DNA of 64,000 nucleotides from an uncultured Alphaproteobacteria bacterium (GTDB lineage Bacteria; Pseudomonadota; Alphaproteobacteria; RF32; CAG-239): NCBI GenBank assembly GCA_944391425.1, contig CALXTO010000005.1, positions 293 to 64,292 of the forward strand, read 5' to 3'. Shown piece by piece: positions 63,121 to 64,000 of this stretch (position 1 is its first letter; each line of letters starts with the position of its first letter). The notes under the pieces were generated by a model. It saw only the letters and a program-made list of their open reading frames with translations, ran no database searches and was not told where the DNA came from. The position numbers and the translations under genes were made by a program.

Positions 63121-64000
63121 TGTTTTTGTCCTGTCGTTGCATCGGAGCTGTTTCCTTTGTTGTTTTTATCCTCCGCTTTTTCTCCTGAAGATTCTTTACC
63201 GCTGTTTTCAACGGCTTTCCCAGCTTGTTTAACGGCTTTTCCCGCCATTTCAACACCTTTTCCGGCTGCTTCGACGCCTTTGCCGACAGCTTTTCCGGCT
63301 GCGGCTACGGCTTGCCCGACCACAGGAATGGCATTGGCAGCCTGCGCCACACCACCGATAGCTTTCCCAGCGCCCTGAACACCTTTTCCGGCCGCCTGCA
63401 TTCCGGCGCCAGCCGCTTTCATTCCGGCACCTGCCGCCTGAGCGCCTGCAGATCCGCCTCCGCCTTCTTTACCTCCGCGAAAAGCGCCGCGTATTTTTCC
63501 GACTGCACCGCCGACGAGGTTTTTCACACCTACGCCTGTTTGATGCAGGGCAATGTCTCTGGCCAGTCCGGCCGGTTTTAAGGCAAGGTCTTTGACAGCT
63601 TTGGTTGCCGCGGTAGCCCAATGATGCATTGGCTGGGCATTGCCGAACATTTTGTCGGGGAAGAACTTGTTAACCAGTTCGTTGGCGGTTGACTGCACCA
63701 GTTTATAAGAATACAGGAACGCAAACAGCAGCAACAGAAACATAATGCTGAACAGCTGGAGTTTACTGGCAACAAAATCAATATTTTTTTGGTTAGCGTC
63801 ACGGTCAAGGGCGCCGTTTTTAAATGATGCATCCATCGCATCATACAAAGCCTGTATACCGCCGGATCCGTCTTCGTCAAACACGCTGTCGACCAGCCCC
63901 ATGGCAAAAGCGGTGGTAATGGCCAAAAAGGCAAAAGTAGCCGCCGCTTTGAACATGATGCTCAGGCACAGCATGACTTTGTCGCGTGTCAGACCGAACG
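63117..64000 (-). CDS. second VirB6/TrbL-like gene, 5' end beyond the window
   Basis: The frame stays open upstream of the tracked Met to the window edge (FGLTRDKVMLCLS...). It has TM helices and then a Gly/Ala/Lys repeat tail (AGAGMKAAGAGMQAAGKGVQGAGKAIGG...AAAGKAVGKGVEAAGKGVEMAGKAVKQAGKAV). Confidence 0.55.
   Translation of the reverse strand, partial: FGLTRDKVMLCLSIMFKAAATFAFLAITTAFAMGLVDSVFDEDGSGGIQALYDAMDASFKNGALDRDANQKNIDFVASKLQLFSIMFLLLLFAFLYSYKLVQSTANELVNKFFPDKMFGNAQPMHHWATAATKAVKDLALKPAGLARDIALHQTGVGVKNLVGGAVGKIRGAFRGGKEGGGGSAGAQAAGAGMKAAGAGMQAAGKGVQGAGKAIGGVAQAANAIPVVGQAVAAAGKAVGKGVEAAGKGVEMAGKAVKQAGKAVENSGKESSGEKAEDKNNKGNSSDATTGQKQ

Overview
This is a 64-kb window with high coding density. 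I saw no rRNA, CRISPR array, transposase or integrase. All functional calls come from motif recognition by eye on the supplied translations and DNA; no database search was run. The taxon cannot be fixed without a search. The gene content suggests a possibly host-associated alphaproteobacterium (inference): a DUF1058-type SH3 protein, a SPOR domain with the C..L...G..C pair, and a virB8-virB7-virB8-virB9-virB10-virB11 order that I recall from Rickettsiales vir homolog (rvh) loci.

Layout:
(1) 1-10.2 kb holds mostly ordinary genes: a DUF805 membrane protein (5' partial) with a pilin-like C-terminal domain, a pair of small EamA/SMR-like transporters, tRNA-Arg(CCT) with a duplicated 3'-end fragment, a tandem GNAT-like protein, an M20 peptidase, an SH3 protein and a nitronate-monooxygenase-family flavoprotein. 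It also holds a vWA/PP2C/Ser-Thr-kinase triad of the 'TerY-P' type, preceded by a 40-aa lipoprotein ORF missing from the ORF track, and a TlpA-like thioredoxin.
(2) 10.2-22.9 kb, minus strand, is a type IVb-like pilus cluster in the R64/ICE PilL-N-O-P-Q-R-S order. It has two tandem ~93% identical pilins, an extra pilin-fold paralogue and a PilT-like ATPase.
(3) 23.2-53.7 kb, plus strand and divergent from the pilus operon, is a heavily elaborated VirB-type type IV secretion locus. It contains three VirB2-like paralogues (one embedded in a 1771-aa coiled-coil protein), VirB3, VirB4, six consecutive signal-peptide proteins, VirB8, a VirB7-like lipoprotein, a second VirB8, and VirB9 fused to a SPOR domain. 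These are followed by a 1138-aa repeat protein, a 1519-aa VirB10 carrying ~1000 aa of the same 17-residue repeat, and VirB11.
(4) 53.7-60.4 kb, minus strand, holds a small HTH protein, a four-gene cluster around a short secretin-like lipoprotein, and a dual-HTH XRE regulator.
(5) 60.5-64 kb, minus strand, holds two tandem VirB6/TrbL-like genes; the second runs off the window.

No VirD4, relaxase, VirB1 or prepilin peptidase is visible in the window. The strongest candidates for something undescribed are the repeat-expanded VirB10 and its neighbour, the giant VirB2-hairpin fusion, and the orphan secretin cluster.
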